Below, one piece after another: positions 13,401 to 26,953 of a DNA stretch of 64,000 nucleotides (position 1 is its first letter; each line of letters opens with the position of its first letter). The DNA lies in the NCBI GenBank assembly GCA_950097015.1, contig CATNEN010000024.1, positions 7,006,001-7,070,000 of the forward strand, read 5' to 3'. The notes beneath the pieces were generated by a model. That model worked only from the letters and a program-made list of their open reading frames with translations, did not search any database and was not told the DNA's origin. The DNA comes from Macrostomum hystrix (Eukaryota; Animalia; Platyhelminthes). A program made the translations under genes and the position numbers.

Positions 13401-16221
13401 TCAAGGGCATAAATTGCACGACAAGCCTCCAAGCCTTCTCTCCGCGGCTGCGCCCCAAATGAATGTGGCCTCGACGCGAAGTCCAGCTCAGGGACCTTGG
13501 TGCGAGAGGCAAACGCGTTAACCGCTCTACACTCACCCTCTTTTGATGTTTAACAGTATAAACGGCTATTTAAACCCCAGTTCATCGTAAGAAACTCAGT
13601 TCGGGTTGGATCGTGAAGTTGGCAGTGGGTATTTGAAAAACCTCTGTGGTCTCTTCCCAGGTGGAAAATAGCGTGGCATTCCTACTGTTAAGGATTTCGG
13701 ATCCTGTCTGTAGGTCTGTAGATAAGTTGGATTGTCTGCACTCTTGCAGGTGCACACTGAAAAGTGTCTCGCTAGCGACCAAGATCCAAAGGCCAATAGG
13801 ACATTGTACGACTTCTCACTGCGCTATCCGACTGACCCGGCGGATGAGACGGAGGCTGCGGATGCGGCGGCAGCTGCCGCGGCTGAGAGAGAGCGGCGAC
13901 GCAGGGTAGAGCAGAAACGGTGAGACTACAGTACGATTCAACATGAGTACTTACGGAGAATGTATGCCACAATCCTACTGTCAGTTGTATACAAGTACAT
14001 TACATTATCCTACTGCCAGTAGTGCAGAACTTACTATCCTACTGTCAGTAGTGCAGAACTTACTATTCTACTGTCAGTAGTGCAGAACTTACTATCCTAC
14101 TGTCAGTAGTGCAGAACTTACTATTCTACTGTCAGTAGTGCAGAACTTACTATTCTACTGTCAGTAGTGCAGAACTTACTGTCCTACTGTCAGTAGTGCA
14201 GAACTTACTATTCTACTTTGAGTAGTGCAGAACTTACTATTCTACTGTCAGTAGTGCAGAACTTACTATTCTACTTTGAGTAGTGCAGAGGCAACTGTCC
14301 TACTTTGAGTAAATTGCAGTTTCTTTATCATGGCAAACCATTGCAGCACCAGTCCAGAGGACGAGTACAATGAGAAGCTACGCGAGCTAGACCGCAAGAT
14401 GAAGGAGAGAGATCAGCTGATTGCTGAGCAGGCAGGGGTGAGTAAAAAGTAACTTGTACGAGTATATTGACTTTAAGCCTTTTGTAGTAAAAGAGATATC
14501 CCTTTTCTAAAAGAAAGAAAATACATTAGTACATTCTGTAAAAGAAAGGAAACAACTTATTTAGTTAAAACAAAATTCCTTAGGAGAACGGAAATCCCTT
14601 ATTTAGGAGAACGGAAATCCCTTATTTAGGAGAACGGAAATCCCTTATTTAGGAGAATGGAAATCCCTTATTTAGGAGAATGGAAATCCCTTATTTAGGA
14701 GAATGGAAATCCCTTATTCATGAGAACAGAAATCCCTTATTTAGGAGAATGGAAATCCCTTATTTAGGAGAATGGAAATCCCTTATTTAGGAGAATGGAA
14801 ATCCCTTATTTAGGAGAATGGAAATCCCTTATTTATGAGAACAGAAATCCCTTATTTAGGAGAATGGAAATCCCTTATTTAGGAGAATGGGAATCCCTTA
14901 TTTAGGAGAATGGAAATCCCTTATTTAGGAGAATGGAAATCCCTTATTTAGGAGAATGGAAATCCCTTATTTAGGAGAATGGAAATCCCTTATTTAGGAG
15001 AATGGAAATCCCTTATTTAGGAGAATGGAAATCCCTTATTTAGGAGAATGGAAATCCCTTATTTATGAGAACGGAAATCCCTTATTTAGGAGTAAGGAAA
15101 TCTCTTTTTTAGTAGAACGGAAATCCTTCATCCAGTAGAAATTAAATCCCTTACTTAGGAGAAAGGAAATCCGTTTTCTAAGAAAAACACAAATCGCCTC
15201 TTTAAGTAGAACTCAATGCGCAAATCCTGTTTCGCCTGCGCAGCTGATCGCCCAGCAGAACGCATGCGCCCGCTACCGGCAGAGTCTGCTGCAGGCAGGT
15301 GTCGACCCGGCTCGAGTCGCGGCTCTGGTTGGAGCTTATCGGGAGCGCGAACTCGCGACCTTCGGCGGTGACGACGCTGGCAGCGACTATTTTAACGATG
15401 GCTTCTCCTCGAGTGAGTGCAATATTTAGCTATAAATGTCTAAAGCATTCTTGACAGATGCAAAGTACACTACTGTTGTGAGTAGAGTAACAATCTTTTA
15501 CGCTAAAATTAAATTACTGAACATAGAGTAGAGAAAACGTAGATAGCTAAGTCGACTGCATTTCTGATTGATTGCGGTCTGCTACGATTCCCACTGCCGA
15601 TTCTGCTACGAATCCAATTGTTATCCTGCTACGATTCCAATTGTTATTCTGCTGCGATTCCAATTGGTATTCTGCTGCGATTCCAATTGGTATTCTGCTA
15701 CGATTCCAATTGTTATTCTGCTACGATTCCAATTGTTATTCTGCTACGATTCCAATTGTTATTCTGCTACGATTCCAATTGTTATTCTGCTGCGATTCCA
15801 ATTGGTATTCTGCTGCGATTCCAATTGGTATTCTGCTACGATTCCAATTGTTATTCTGCTACGATTCCAATTGTTATTCTGCTACGATTCCAATTGTTAT
15901 TCTGCTACGATTCCAATTGTTATTCTGCTACGATTCCAATTGTTATTCTGCTACGATTCCAATTGTTATTCTGCTACGATTCCAATTGTTATTCTGCTAC
16001 GATTCCAATTGTTATTCTGCTACGAATCCAACATGGATATTCGTGCTGGAAACAATAACAATCATCATATCGTTTCGATTAAATTTTATTTGCCCGTCGC
16101 TCTTGCACCTCCAGAGCCGAATGAGAGCGAATTCGATGACGAACAGCTCGAGCAGCTGGACGAGACGCGATTCGGGGCGCCTAGTCCAGAACCACAGAGA
16201 TCTGCGGGCTGGAGGCTCTGA
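10484..16221 (+). CDS. FAM161A: FAM161A/B-like ciliary/centriolar microtubule-binding protein (UPF0564 domain), 7 exons, ~716 aa
   Basis: Phase-consistent exons: 10484-10681, 11592-11888, 11964-13082, 13750-13919, 14347-14437, 15244-15412, 16115-16221. Motifs RVTVPRPFSMTLRE, RAAPVPAHVYQPL, ERPFCF, PDFDRLH and TRPEPFRL match recalled FAM161 signatures. A versus B paralogue assignment is not resolvable. Confidence 0.85.
13201..13538 (-). mobile_element. tRNA-derived SINE, copy 2 (FAM161A intron 3)
   Basis: Same body as copy 1, with a short deletion near the 3' end and an (ATT)n-like tail at 13201-13218. Confidence 0.8.
13970..14310. repeat. 29-bp minisatellite (ctactgtcagtagtgcagaacttactatt) in FAM161A intron 4
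   Basis: Period 29 (14041 to 14070). The unit contains the palindrome CTACTG-T-CAGTAG. Confidence 0.95.
14580..15180. repeat. 23-bp minisatellite (ggagaatggaaatcccttattta) in FAM161A intron 5
   Basis: About 24 copies with degenerate edges. Confidence 0.95.
15583..16030. repeat. 23-bp minisatellite (ctgctacgattccaattgttatt) in FAM161A intron 6
   Basis: About 19 copies. It generates three 23-aa periodic ORFs. Confidence 0.95.
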
Positions 16222-16319
16222 GCTGCTTGATCTAAACTTCGAGCTGTTTCTTTCTACAACTTGGAGACTGATAGATATTGCGACTCTAAATAAGGGTAGC
16301 AGAGTCTAACAAGGGAAAG

Positions 16320-16890
16320 CGGCGACCCAGTGGAAGCTGTGGCGATCCAGAGGAATCTGAGGCGATCCAGGGGAAGCTGAGACGATCTAGGGGAAGCAGT
16401 AGCGATCCAGGGGAAGCAGTAGCGATCCAGGGGAAGCAGTAGCGATCCAGGGGAAGCAGTAGCGATCCAGGGGAAGCAGTAGCGACCCAATGGAAGCTGT
16501 GGCGATCCAGGGGAATCAGTAGCGATCCAGTGGAAGCAATAGCGATCCAGTGGAAGCAATAGCGATCCAGGGAAAAAGTAGCGATCCAGGGGGAAAGTAG
16601 CGATCCAGTGGAAGCAGTAGCGATCCAGGGAAAAAGTAGCGATCCAGGGGGAAAGTAGCGATCCAGGGGGAAAGTAGCGATCCAGTGGAAGCAGTAGCGA
16701 TCCAGGGAAAAAGTAGCGATCCAGGGGGAAAGTAGTGATCCAGTGGAAGCAGTAGCGATCCAGGGAAAAAGTAGCGATCCAGGGGGAAAGTAGCGATCCA
16801 GTGGAAGCAGTAGCGATCCAGGGAAAAAGTAGCGATCCAGGGGGAAAGTAGCGATCCAGGGGAAGCAGTAGCGATCCAGGGGAAGCAGCG
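16320..16890. repeat. 19-20 bp minisatellite (gcgatccaggggaagcagta) just downstream of the FAM161A stop
   Basis: Read directly; three-unit variant cycling in the distal half. Confidence 0.95.
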
Positions 16891-17616
16891 GAAACTTACG
16901 GAAGAATTAAATTAAAATTTGAAGTTTAGGCTACCTATCTGTCTCGAGACGGCCATTAATACAATCTGTATGTTTTTTGTTTAACTTACATTTTTTCTTG
17001 TGAAAATGTACTATAATTCTTACTAGCATATTTCCGCACTGAATACTTCAAATAATTTCTGTTGTTTATTTGTGAGACTATAAACACTACCAATATTTCA
17101 GTTCACTCTGTCAGGTAAATATTGAACAACAAAACATGGAAAACAACATTTTCTAGATGTCTTTGCTTTCTATTTTATTTGATGCGTATAGTACTTTTCT
17201 GATGCATTTACACAATGGACCAAATGCAGTGGAGTTCAACGGGATAAATTCTGTAGCTGTAAGTCTGTACCAAAGCAAGAAATCTTCATGTAACATACTA
17301 CTAGATGAATGGCATTCAAGTAGTACACAAGGCACTCGGCTCAGGCATAAAAATTATCAACACATATATATTGCTTCACCTGGCGTGATATGTGATTTAC
17401 TCAAATATTCTGTTGTTCAGCCTGTTTACTAAGCCCATTAATTTCTTTGACAATAAACTAAGGATAAAAAATAATATCCATGCTCTTTTATGTTTCATCT
17501 GAGCAGCACATTTTTTCTCGTATCTTAGAAAAATCTTGTAGCTAATTTGATAATATTTGTCAATAAGTCTTTTCATTGAAAGAAGGAGAACGTTGAAAAC
17601 TGTTTTAATAGCAATC

Positions 17617-20600
17617 AATCTCAGCCCACAGGTCTCTCAGCCCACAGGTCTCTCAGCCAACAGGTCTCTCAGCCCACAGGTCTCTCAGCCCACAGGTCTC
17701 TCAGCCCACAGGTCTCTCAGCCCACAGGTCTCTCAGCCTACAGATCTCTCAGCCTACAGATCTCTCAGCCCACAGGTCTCTCAGCCCACAGGTCTCTCAG
17801 CCCACAGGTCTCTCAGCCCACAGGTCTCTCAGCCCACAGGTCTCTCAGCCCACAGATCTCTCAGCCCACAGGTCTCTCAGCCCACAGGTCTCTCAGCCCA
17901 CAGGTCTCTCAGCCCACAGGTCTCTCAGCCCACAGGACTCTCAGCCCACAGGTCTCTCAGCCCACAGGACTCTCAGCCCACAGGACTCTTAGCCAACAGA
18001 TCTCTCAGCCCACAGATCTCTCAGCCTACAGATCTCTCAGCCCACAGATCTCTCAGCCCACAGGTCTCTCAGCCCACAGATCTCTCAGCCCACAGATCTC
18101 TCAGCCTACAGATCTCTCAGCCCACAGGTCTCTCAGCCTACAGATCTCTCAGCCCACAGGTCTCTCAGCCCACAGGACTCTCAGCCTACAGATCTCTCAG
18201 CCCACAGGTCTCTCAGCCCACAGGACTCTCAGCCCACAGGTCTCTCAGCCCACAGGACTCTCAGCCTACAGATCTCTCAGCCAACAGATCTCTCAGCCCA
18301 CAGATCTCTCAGCCCACAGGACTCTCAGCCCACAGATCTCTCAGCCTACAGATCTCTCAGCCAACAGATCTCTCAGCCCACAGATCTCTCAGCCTTCAAT
18401 CTCACCCTACAGATCTCTCAGCCCACAGATCTCTCAGCCTTCAATCTCACCCTACAGATCTCTCAGCCTACAGATCTCTCAGCCAACAGATCTCTCAGCC
18501 AACAGATCTCTCAGCCCACAGATCTCTCAGCCTTCAATCTCACCCTACAGATCTCTCAGCCCACAGATCTCTCAGCCTTCAATCTCACCCTACAGATCTC
18601 TCAGCCTACAGGTCTCTCAGCCTTCAGTCTCAGCCCACAGGTCTCTCAGCCCACAGGTCTCTCAGCCCACAGGTCTCTCAGCCCACAGGTCTCTCAGCCC
18701 ACAGGTCTCTCAGCCCACAGATCTCTCAGCCCACAGATCTCTCAGCCCACAGGTCTCTCAGCCCACAGGTCTCTCAGCCCACAGATCTCTCAGCCCACAG
18801 GTCTCTCAGCCCACAGGTCTCTCAGCCAACAGATCTCTCAGCCCACAGGTCTCTCAGCCCACAGGTCTCTCAGCCCACAGATCTCTCAGCCTTCAATCTC
18901 AGCCCACAGATCTCTCAGCCCACAGGTCTCTCAGCCCACAGATCTCTCAGCCTTCAATCTCAGCCCACAGGTCTCTCAGCCCACAGGTCTCTCAGCCCAC
19001 AGGTCTCTCAGCCCACAGGTCTCTCAGCCCACAGGTCTCTCAGCCCACAGGTCTCTCAGCCCACAGGTCTCTCAGCCCACAGGACTCTCAGCCCACAGAT
19101 CTCTCAGCCCACAGATCTCTCAGCCCACAGATCTCTCAGCCTACAGATCTCTCAGCCCACAGGTCTCTCAGCCCACAGGTCTCTTAGCCAACAGATCTCT
19201 CAGCCCACAGATCTCTCAGCCCACAGATCTCTCAGCCCACAGATCTCTCAGCCCACAGATCTCTCAGCCTTCAATCTCAGCCCACAGATCTCTCAGCCCA
19301 CAGGTCTCTCAGCCCACAGATCTCTCAGCCTTCAATCTCAGCCCACAGGTCTCTCAGCCCACAGGTCTCTCAGCCCACAGGTCTCTCAGCCCACAGGTCT
19401 CTCAGCCCACAGGTCTCTCAGCCCACAGGTCTCTCAGCCCACAGGTCTCTCAGCCCACAGGTCTCTCAGCCCACAGGTCTCTCAGCCCACAGGACTCTCA
19501 GCCCACAGATCTCTCAGCCTACAGATCTCTCAGCCCACAGGTCTCTCAGCCAACAGATCTCTCAGCCCACAGATCTCTCAGCCCACAGATCTCTCAGCCC
19601 ACAGATCTCTCAGCCTACAGATCTCTCAGCCCACAGATCTCTCAGCCCACAGATCTCTCAGCCCACAGATCTCTCAGCCAACAGATCTCTCAGCCCACAG
19701 ATCTCTCAGCCCACAGATCTCTCAGCCTTCAATCTCAGCCCACAGGTCTCTCAGCCCACAGATCTCTCAGCCCACAGGTCTCTCAGCCCACAGGACTCTC
19801 AGCCCACAGATCTCTCAGCCAACAGATCTCTCAGCCCACAGATCTCTCAGCCCACAGGACTCTCAGCCCACAGATCTCTCAGCCTTCAATCTCAGCCCAC
19901 AGGTCTCTCAGCCCACAGATCTCTCAGCCCACAGATCTCTCAGCCCACAGGTCTCTCAGCCCACAGATCTCTCAGCCTTCAATCTCAGCCCACAGGTCTC
20001 TCAGCCCACAGATCTCTCAGCCCACAGGTCTCTCAGCCCACAGGACTCTCAGCCCACAGATCTCTCAGCCAACAGATCTCTCAGCCCACAGATCTCTCAG
20101 CCCACAGGACTCTCAGCCCACAGATCTCTCAGCCTACAGATCTCTCAGCCCACAGATCTCTCAGCCCACAGATCTCTCAGCCTTCAATCTCACCCTACAG
20201 ATCTCTCAGCCCACAGATCTCTCAGCCCACAGATCTCTCAGCCCACAGATCTCTCAGCCTTCAATCTCACCCTACAGATCTCTCAGCCCACAGATCTCTC
20301 AGCCCACAGATCTCTCAGCCTTCAATCTCACCCTACAGATCTCTCAGCCCACAGATCTCTCAGCCTTCAATCTCACCCTACAGATCTCTCAGCCTACAGG
20401 TCTCTCAGCCTTCAGTCTCAGCCCACAGGTCTCTCAGCCCACAGGTCTCTCAGCCCACAGGTCTCTCAGCCCACAGGTCTCTCAGCCCACAGGTCTCTCA
20501 GCCCACAGGTCTCTCAGCCCACAGGTCTCTCAGCCCACAGGTCTCTCAGCCCACAGGTCTCTCAGCCCACAGATCTCTCAGCCCACAGATCTCTCAGCCC

Positions 20601-23535
20601 AAAGATCTCTCAGCCCACAGATCTCTCAGCCCACAGGTCTCTCAGCCCACAGGTCTCTCAGCCCACAGGTCTCTCAGCCTTCAATCTCAGCCCACAGGTC
20701 TCTCAGCCCACAGGTCTCTCAGCCCACAGATCTCTCAGCCTTCAATCTCAGCCCACAGGTCTCTCAGCCCACAGGTCTCTCAGCCCACAGGTCTCTCAGC
20801 CCACAGGTCTCTCAGCCCACAGGTCTCTCAGCCCACAGGTCTCTCAGCCCACAGGTCTCTCAGCCCACAGATCTCTCAGCCCACAGGTCTCTCAGCCCAC
20901 AGATCTCTCAGCCCACAGGTCTCTCAGCCCACAGATCTCTCAGCCCACAGGTCTCTCAGCCCACAGGTCTCTCAGCCCACAGATCTCTCAGCCCACAGGT
21001 CTCTCAGCCCACAGATCTCTCAGCCCACAGATCTCTCAGCCCACAGATCTCTCAGCCAACAGATCTCTCAGCCCACAGATCTCTCAGCCTTCAATCTCAC
21101 CCTACAGATCTCTCAGCCCACAGATCTCTCAGCCTTCAATCTCACCCTACAGATCTCTCAGCCTACAGGTCTCTCAGCCTTCAGTCTCAGCCCACAGGTC
21201 TCTCAGCCCACAGGTCTCTCAGCCCACAGGTCTCTCAGCCCACAGGTCTCTCAGCCCACAGGTCTCTCAGCCCACAGGTCTCTCAGCCCACAGATCTCTC
21301 AGCCCACAGATCTCTCAGCCCACAGATCTCTCAGCCCACAGGTCTCTCAGCCCACAGATCTCTCAGCCTTCAGTCTCAGCCCACAGGTCTCTCAGCCCAC
21401 AGGTCTCTCAGCCCACAGATCTCTCAGCCTTCAATCTCAGCCCACAGGTCTCTCAGCCCACAGGTCTCTCAGCCCACAGGTCTCTCAGCCCACAGGTCTC
21501 TCAGCCCACAGGTCTCTCAGCCCACAGATCTCTCAGCCCACAGGTCTCTCAGCCCACAGATCTCTCAGCCCACAGGTCTCTCAGCCCACAGATCTCTCAG
21601 CCCACAGGTCTCTCAGCCCACAGATCTCTCAGCCCACAGATCTCTCAGCCCACAGGTCTCTCAGCCCACAGATCTCTCAGCCCACAGATCTCTCAGCCAA
21701 CAGATCTCTCAGCCCACAGATCTCTCAGCCCACAGGTCTCTCAGCCCACAGATCTCTCACCCTACAGATCTCTCAGCCCACAGATCTCTCAGCCTACAGA
21801 TCTCTCAGCCCACAGGTCTCTCAGCCCACAGATCTCTCAGCCCACAAGTCTCTCAGCCCACAGGTCTCTCAGCCTTCAGTCTCAGCCCACAGGTCTCTCA
21901 GCCCACAGGTCTCTCAGCCCACAGGTCTCTCAGCCCACAGGTCTCTCAGACTACAGGTCTCTCAGCCTTCAATCTCAGCCCACAGATCTCTCAGCCCACA
22001 GATCTCTCAGCCCACAGATCTCTCAGCCCACAGATCTCTCAGCCCACAGATCTCTCAGCCCACAGATCTCTCAGCCCACAGATCTCTCAGCCCACAGATC
22101 TCTCAGCCCACAGATCTCTCAGCCCACAGATCTCTCAGCCCACTGGTCTCTCAGCCCACAGATCTCTCAGCCAACAGATCTCTCAGCCCACAGGACTCTC
22201 AGCCCACAGATCTCTCAGCCCACTGGTCTCTCAGCCCACAGGACTCTCAGCCCACAGATCTCTCAGCCCACTGGTCTCTCAGCCCACAGGTCTCTCAGCC
22301 CACAGATCTCTCAGCCCACAGGACTCTCAGCCCACAGATCTCTCAGCCAACAGATCTCTCAGCCCACAGATCTCTCAGCCTTCAATCTCACCCTACAGAT
22401 CTCTCAGCCCACAGATCTCTCAGCCTTCAATCTCACCCTACAGATCTCTCAGCCCACAGATCTCTCAGCCAACAGATCTCTCAGCCCACAGATCTCTCAG
22501 CCCACAGGACTCTCAGCCCACAGATCTCTCAGCCAACAGATCTCTCAGCCCACAGATCTCTCAGCCTTCAATCTCACCCTACAGATCTCTCAGCCCACAG
22601 ATCTCTCAGCCTTCAATCTCACCCTACAGATCTCTCAGCCCACAGGTCTCTCAGCCCACAGGTCTCTCAGCCCACAGGTCTCTCAGCCCACAGGTCTCTC
22701 AGCCCACAGGTCTCTCAGCCCACAGGTCTCTCAGCCCACAGATCTCTCAGCCCACAGATCTCTCAGCCCACAGATCTCTCAGCCCACAGGTCTCTCAGCC
22801 CACAGATCTCTCAGCCCACAGATCTCTCAGCCCACAGGTCTCTCAGCCCACAGATCTCTCAGCCTTCAATCTCAGCCCACAGGTCTCTCAGCCCACAGGT
22901 CTCTCAGCCCACAGATCTCTCAGCCTTCAATCTCAGCCCACAGGTCTCTCAGCCCACAGGTCTCTCAGCCCACAGGTCTCTCAGCCCACAGGTCTCTCAG
23001 CCCACAGGTCTCTCAGCCCACAGGTCTCTCAGCCCACAGATCTCTCAGCCTTCAATCTCAGCCCACAGGTCTCTCAGCCCACAGGTCTCTCAGCCCACAG
23101 GTCTCTCAGCCCACAGGTCTCTCAGCCCACAGGTCTCTCAGCCCACAGATCTCTCAGCCCACAGGTCTCTCAGCCCACAGGTCTCTTAGCCAACAGATCT
23201 CTCAGCCAACAGATCTCTCAGCCCACAGATCTCTCAGCCCACAGATCTCTCAGCCCACAGATCTCTCAGCCCACAGATCTCTCAGCCCACAGATCTCTCA
23301 GCCCACAGATCTCTCAGCCCACAGATCTCTCAGCCCACAGGTCTCTCAGCCCACAGATCTCTCAGCCCACAGATCTCTCAGCCCACAGATCTCTCAGCCC
23401 ACAGATCTCTCAGCCCACAGATCTCTCAGCCTACAGATCTCTCAGCCCACAGATCTCTCAGCCTACAGATCTCTCAGCCCACAGATCTCTCAGCCTACAG
23501 ATCTCTCAGCCCACAGATCTCTCAGCCTACAGATC
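17617..23535. repeat. 5.9-kb 16-bp minisatellite (cccacag[a/g]tctctcag) with 13-bp variant units
   Basis: About 370 units. The unit length is not a multiple of 3, and the 2003-aa ORF is a 16-aa periodic by-product. Confidence 0.97.
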
Positions 23536-23794
23536 TGTGTTGAAGAACTGAAGTGTGGCATTGAGTAAGTCCCCCAAAAAAGTCAGCGAGTCTGAGATCA
23601 AAGTTCGACTGACTCAAAGAAATGCTTATCTCGCCTGGTACGCCTTCGTGGGCTTAGCACTGGTACGGGAAGCGCAAAAGTGTGACGAAAAAGTTTAAGA
23701 TTTCTGATTAGAAAACTGTCAGAAATCAGCATTTTAATGACAACTCAAGGTCGCCAAAAAGCAATTAGCCCCATGTAGAAGAGGATTAATCAAC

Positions 23795-24070
23795 GACAGA
23801 GAGAAAAGTGACACTAAAACACAGACATACGAGACATGCATAAAATGCAGACAGATACGCACACACACAGACACAGACACACACAAAGAAAAAGACACAG
23901 ACACAGACAAAGACGCACGAGCACACAAACAAAGACACAGATACAGACAAAGACACAGAAACACAAATACGCGCGCACACACACAGACAAATACACAGAC
24001 ACAGATATTCTCAATAACTATACAGTAAATTCACACAGACATTCAAATAGACAATCACAGAGACACTGAA
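23795..24070. repeat. Compound (AC)/(ACAG)/(AGAC) low-complexity microsatellite
   Basis: Read directly. Confidence 0.85.
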
Positions 24071-25090
24071 ATATAGTTAGAGCATTAGGAAGACCTACTT
24101 CTAATATAAAGAAGGAGATGAAATAAAACCTAACTTATGAAAAATTCCGAACTGTTCCGGCTCTCTGATAGTTTATTTGCAGTGAATTAAGTCAAGCAAA
24201 TATGCAACAAGTTCGCAAATTCAATTCGATATTGAGAGGAATTCTAAAAAAATCATTAAAAAATAAGAAACGGCAGTTCGATAATTTACTTTCTGATATT
24301 CAGCTAGTAATAAGGCCAAAATTTCGCAGTTTGGAAAGACATGAAAAGTATATTTAATCACGAACAGAACGCATAGAAAAAGCTGGACCGGAGTGTTTTG
24401 CCGCATGCATTCGGTCGCCTTGATGATCTTCTGCAAGGCAACGTCATTCAAAGTTCACGCATTTATCAAATTGTGTGACTTATTTTGGAACATTTCGAAT
24501 GTCAACCTAAAAGTGAAAGCTCGGGTGCTCATTGTACTATATAGTTGTAATTTCTCTCATATTGCACTTTTACAGAAAAGATCTGGCACGGAGTGGATGG
24601 TATAGACCAGCTATTATCAGGAGCTACCAGGTGTCATGCCGTGCCAGTCTTCAGGGGGGGAGTCATAGTCGCCAAAGTCATATAGTTTCACTCTCTTATC
24701 ACAGATTTATCTAGCTAAATAGATTATGAGAGTTGACAGAGGCGAGAAACCAAAGCGCCTGGTACGAAATCAACGAGGAAAATTGTTCCAAAGAACTATT
24801 TGTTTAGATTAAAAAAATGTAATCGTCCGCTGTGGTGAATGCTGCGATGGGTCGAAAGTTACGATCATTCTAAACAAAAATCGACTAAATCCCAGGTATT
24901 TTCCAGCTCGAACAGACTCGAAATGTTAAATATTAATCTTCGGTATCCGTGGTATCCGGTGCGCAGTTGCTATGCGTCTATTTATAAGTACATACAGCCT
25001 AAACTGGCTCCGGGACAGAGCCACTCAGCTTCAGTTTGTCGTGGGGAGCAGTCAAAAGTACGAGTACATAGGCAGGTGGGCAGTGTGAGC

Positions 25091-26050
25091 TCATTCTCTC
25101 TTCTTGTCCTTGTCCGGCACCAGCTCGCCGTTCTCAGTGCCGCCCATCAGCTCCGTGGCGTGCTTGTTGATCCTCTGGCCGCGGCGCCTCTCCTCCCAGG
25201 CCAGCAGCCGCTTGCCCTTGACACCGCCGCCGGAGATGCCCGGACAGTCCCAGCCAAATAGGCGGTCCCAGGTGGAGAAGAAGGGCTGGTAGTTTGTCAG
25301 CGGCTTCATGTGGTGCATGTCGTGCTTTGGCCCGCCGCCGTAGATTGGCAGCCATTTGTGCGGGAAGATCGGCAGATCGTAGCCAGAGTGCGCCTCAACC
25401 GACATGCCAACGTTGAGAAGCATGAAGCACCAGTACGTCATCGGGTGGCACTCGAAGAACCAGCCGTCGATTGTAGTGAAGAAGCCCACCGTCACGAGCT
25501 CCCACGGGTGCAGGTACTGAGTTGTCCAGCCAAACGTGGCGTGGTACTGGTGGTGAATGGCGTGGAAGTTCTTGTACAGCCAGCGGTTGCGGTGATGGAC
25601 CATGTGCCAGAACCAGTACTGAAAGTCAAAGATCATCATCATGGCCACGCTCTGATAGGCGAAGTCGTAGAATTTCGGCGCAAGCTTCGGGAAAGGCGTC
25701 GGTGGCACCCAGATCCACTGAGCGATGATGGTTGGCAGGATGTACACAAAGTTATTGTAGAGCGTCTTCAAGATCGCTTTGCGCATCATTGGCCAGGTGA
25801 CCCTCTTGTCAGGTTGGATTTTGAAGCGCTTGACAATGCTCAGATCTTGGAAGTACAGATCCACGATGGTATAGGGAATATTGCACAGAAAGTAGAACCC
25901 GATGGAGAGGAAGACAGGAAACAATGGCGAAGTCATCCAGTCCTCGAAGCCTAGCCGGAGGTCCCAGATTGGCTGCAGCACGCGTTGCTCCGTGACATTC
26001 TCCTCATGGAGGGTAAAGTTGCGATCTTTTTTGAAGAACTTCAAGTCCAT
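25091..26050 (-). CDS. CH25H: Cholesterol 25-hydroxylase-like protein (fatty acid hydroxylase/sterol desaturase family), intronless, 319 aa
   Basis: Single ORF from ATG 26050 (the track's 26086 start is TTG). Di-iron His boxes WHMVHH, FHAIHH and KHDMHH, plus EAHSGY, QYLHPWE and NYQPFFSTWDRLFG, parallel recalled CH25H motifs. Hydrophobic segments are present. Exact activity is not established. Confidence 0.75.
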   Translation of the reverse strand: MDLKFFKKDRNFTLHEENVTEQRVLQPIWDLRLGFEDWMTSPLFPVFLSIGFYFLCNIPYTIVDLYFQDLSIVKRFKIQPDKRVTWPMMRKAILKTLYNNFVYILPTIIAQWIWVPPTPFPKLAPKFYDFAYQSVAMMMIFDFQYWFWHMVHHRNRWLYKNFHAIHHQYHATFGWTTQYLHPWELVTVGFFTTIDGWFFECHPMTYWCFMLLNVGMSVEAHSGYDLPIFPHKWLPIYGGGPKHDMHHMKPLTNYQPFFSTWDRLFGWDCPGISGGGVKGKRLLAWEERRRGQRINKHATELMGGTENGELVPDKDKKRE

Positions 26051-26953
26051 CGCTTGGAAGACTTGAAGAGACTTGAAAAAAAGCAAAAAAAGTTTGGCGC
26101 TCAGAAACTGCTCAAGGTCTCAGGGCGGAGCGCTGCCTCAAATACTGGTTGGACAACCCCAATACTGTCAGAGTACCTGACAGGTTGACGCCAGCGAACT
26201 CAGAACTATTCCGAGAATACCGTCACACCTGGTCAAAGGTTTTTTGGTCCCACCCTCTCAACAATGCCCTAGCACGGCTGACAGCTCACTGGCCAATTAG
26301 TTGCGACGTGCCAGGCAACCAACCAACAGCGCAGTAGATTAGGTGCCAGGCATTTAGCAGGAATGTGAACTCAGGTCAAGCTTCATTTCTAGAGAAGTGC
26401 ACTATCAGCTGACCGATGTTTGAATATTTTTGGAGATACAGAAAAATATATATGTAAGTATTTATAATATGTAAGTTACTTAAATATGTAAGTATTAAGT
26501 ATATGTAAGTATTTGACCACCACCCGGTGGTCTTTCTACTGTTGAAAAATATACGAGTACACTCATGGGCAGAAAAGTTCAAGAAATTTGGAACATTTGA
26601 TCATTCCAGGGCTGCAGACTGACGGACTGTTTGGTCATTGAGAAAAAACTATAGAGGCAAACAAAAAGTATTTTAACTATTCATATTAAAATTGTCAGAG
26701 TGCGATGATGCAATCATAGCTTACGCAATTGATGACTATGAAAACAAGAGAAATGGTCAATAGCAAGTCAAAGTTCGATTGAAATTTGATCGGTATGGAC
26801 AAATTGTAATTAATTTAGTCGAGAAACAAACCATTTCTTATATACTACTACGGCAGGGTGGTTGAGTAGTAAGTAATACTCATGAAAAGCTGACTTTATA
26901 ACAATTCTTGCGAGACCGAGGCCCCAGCGTTCCGCAATCAGTAGCGGTATCTA

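Noticed and set aside
17557-23568. 2003-aa ORF as a real protein-coding gene
   Set aside because: It is a by-product of a 16-bp unit lacking stops, with no signal peptide or domain. Kept only as a low-interest finding.
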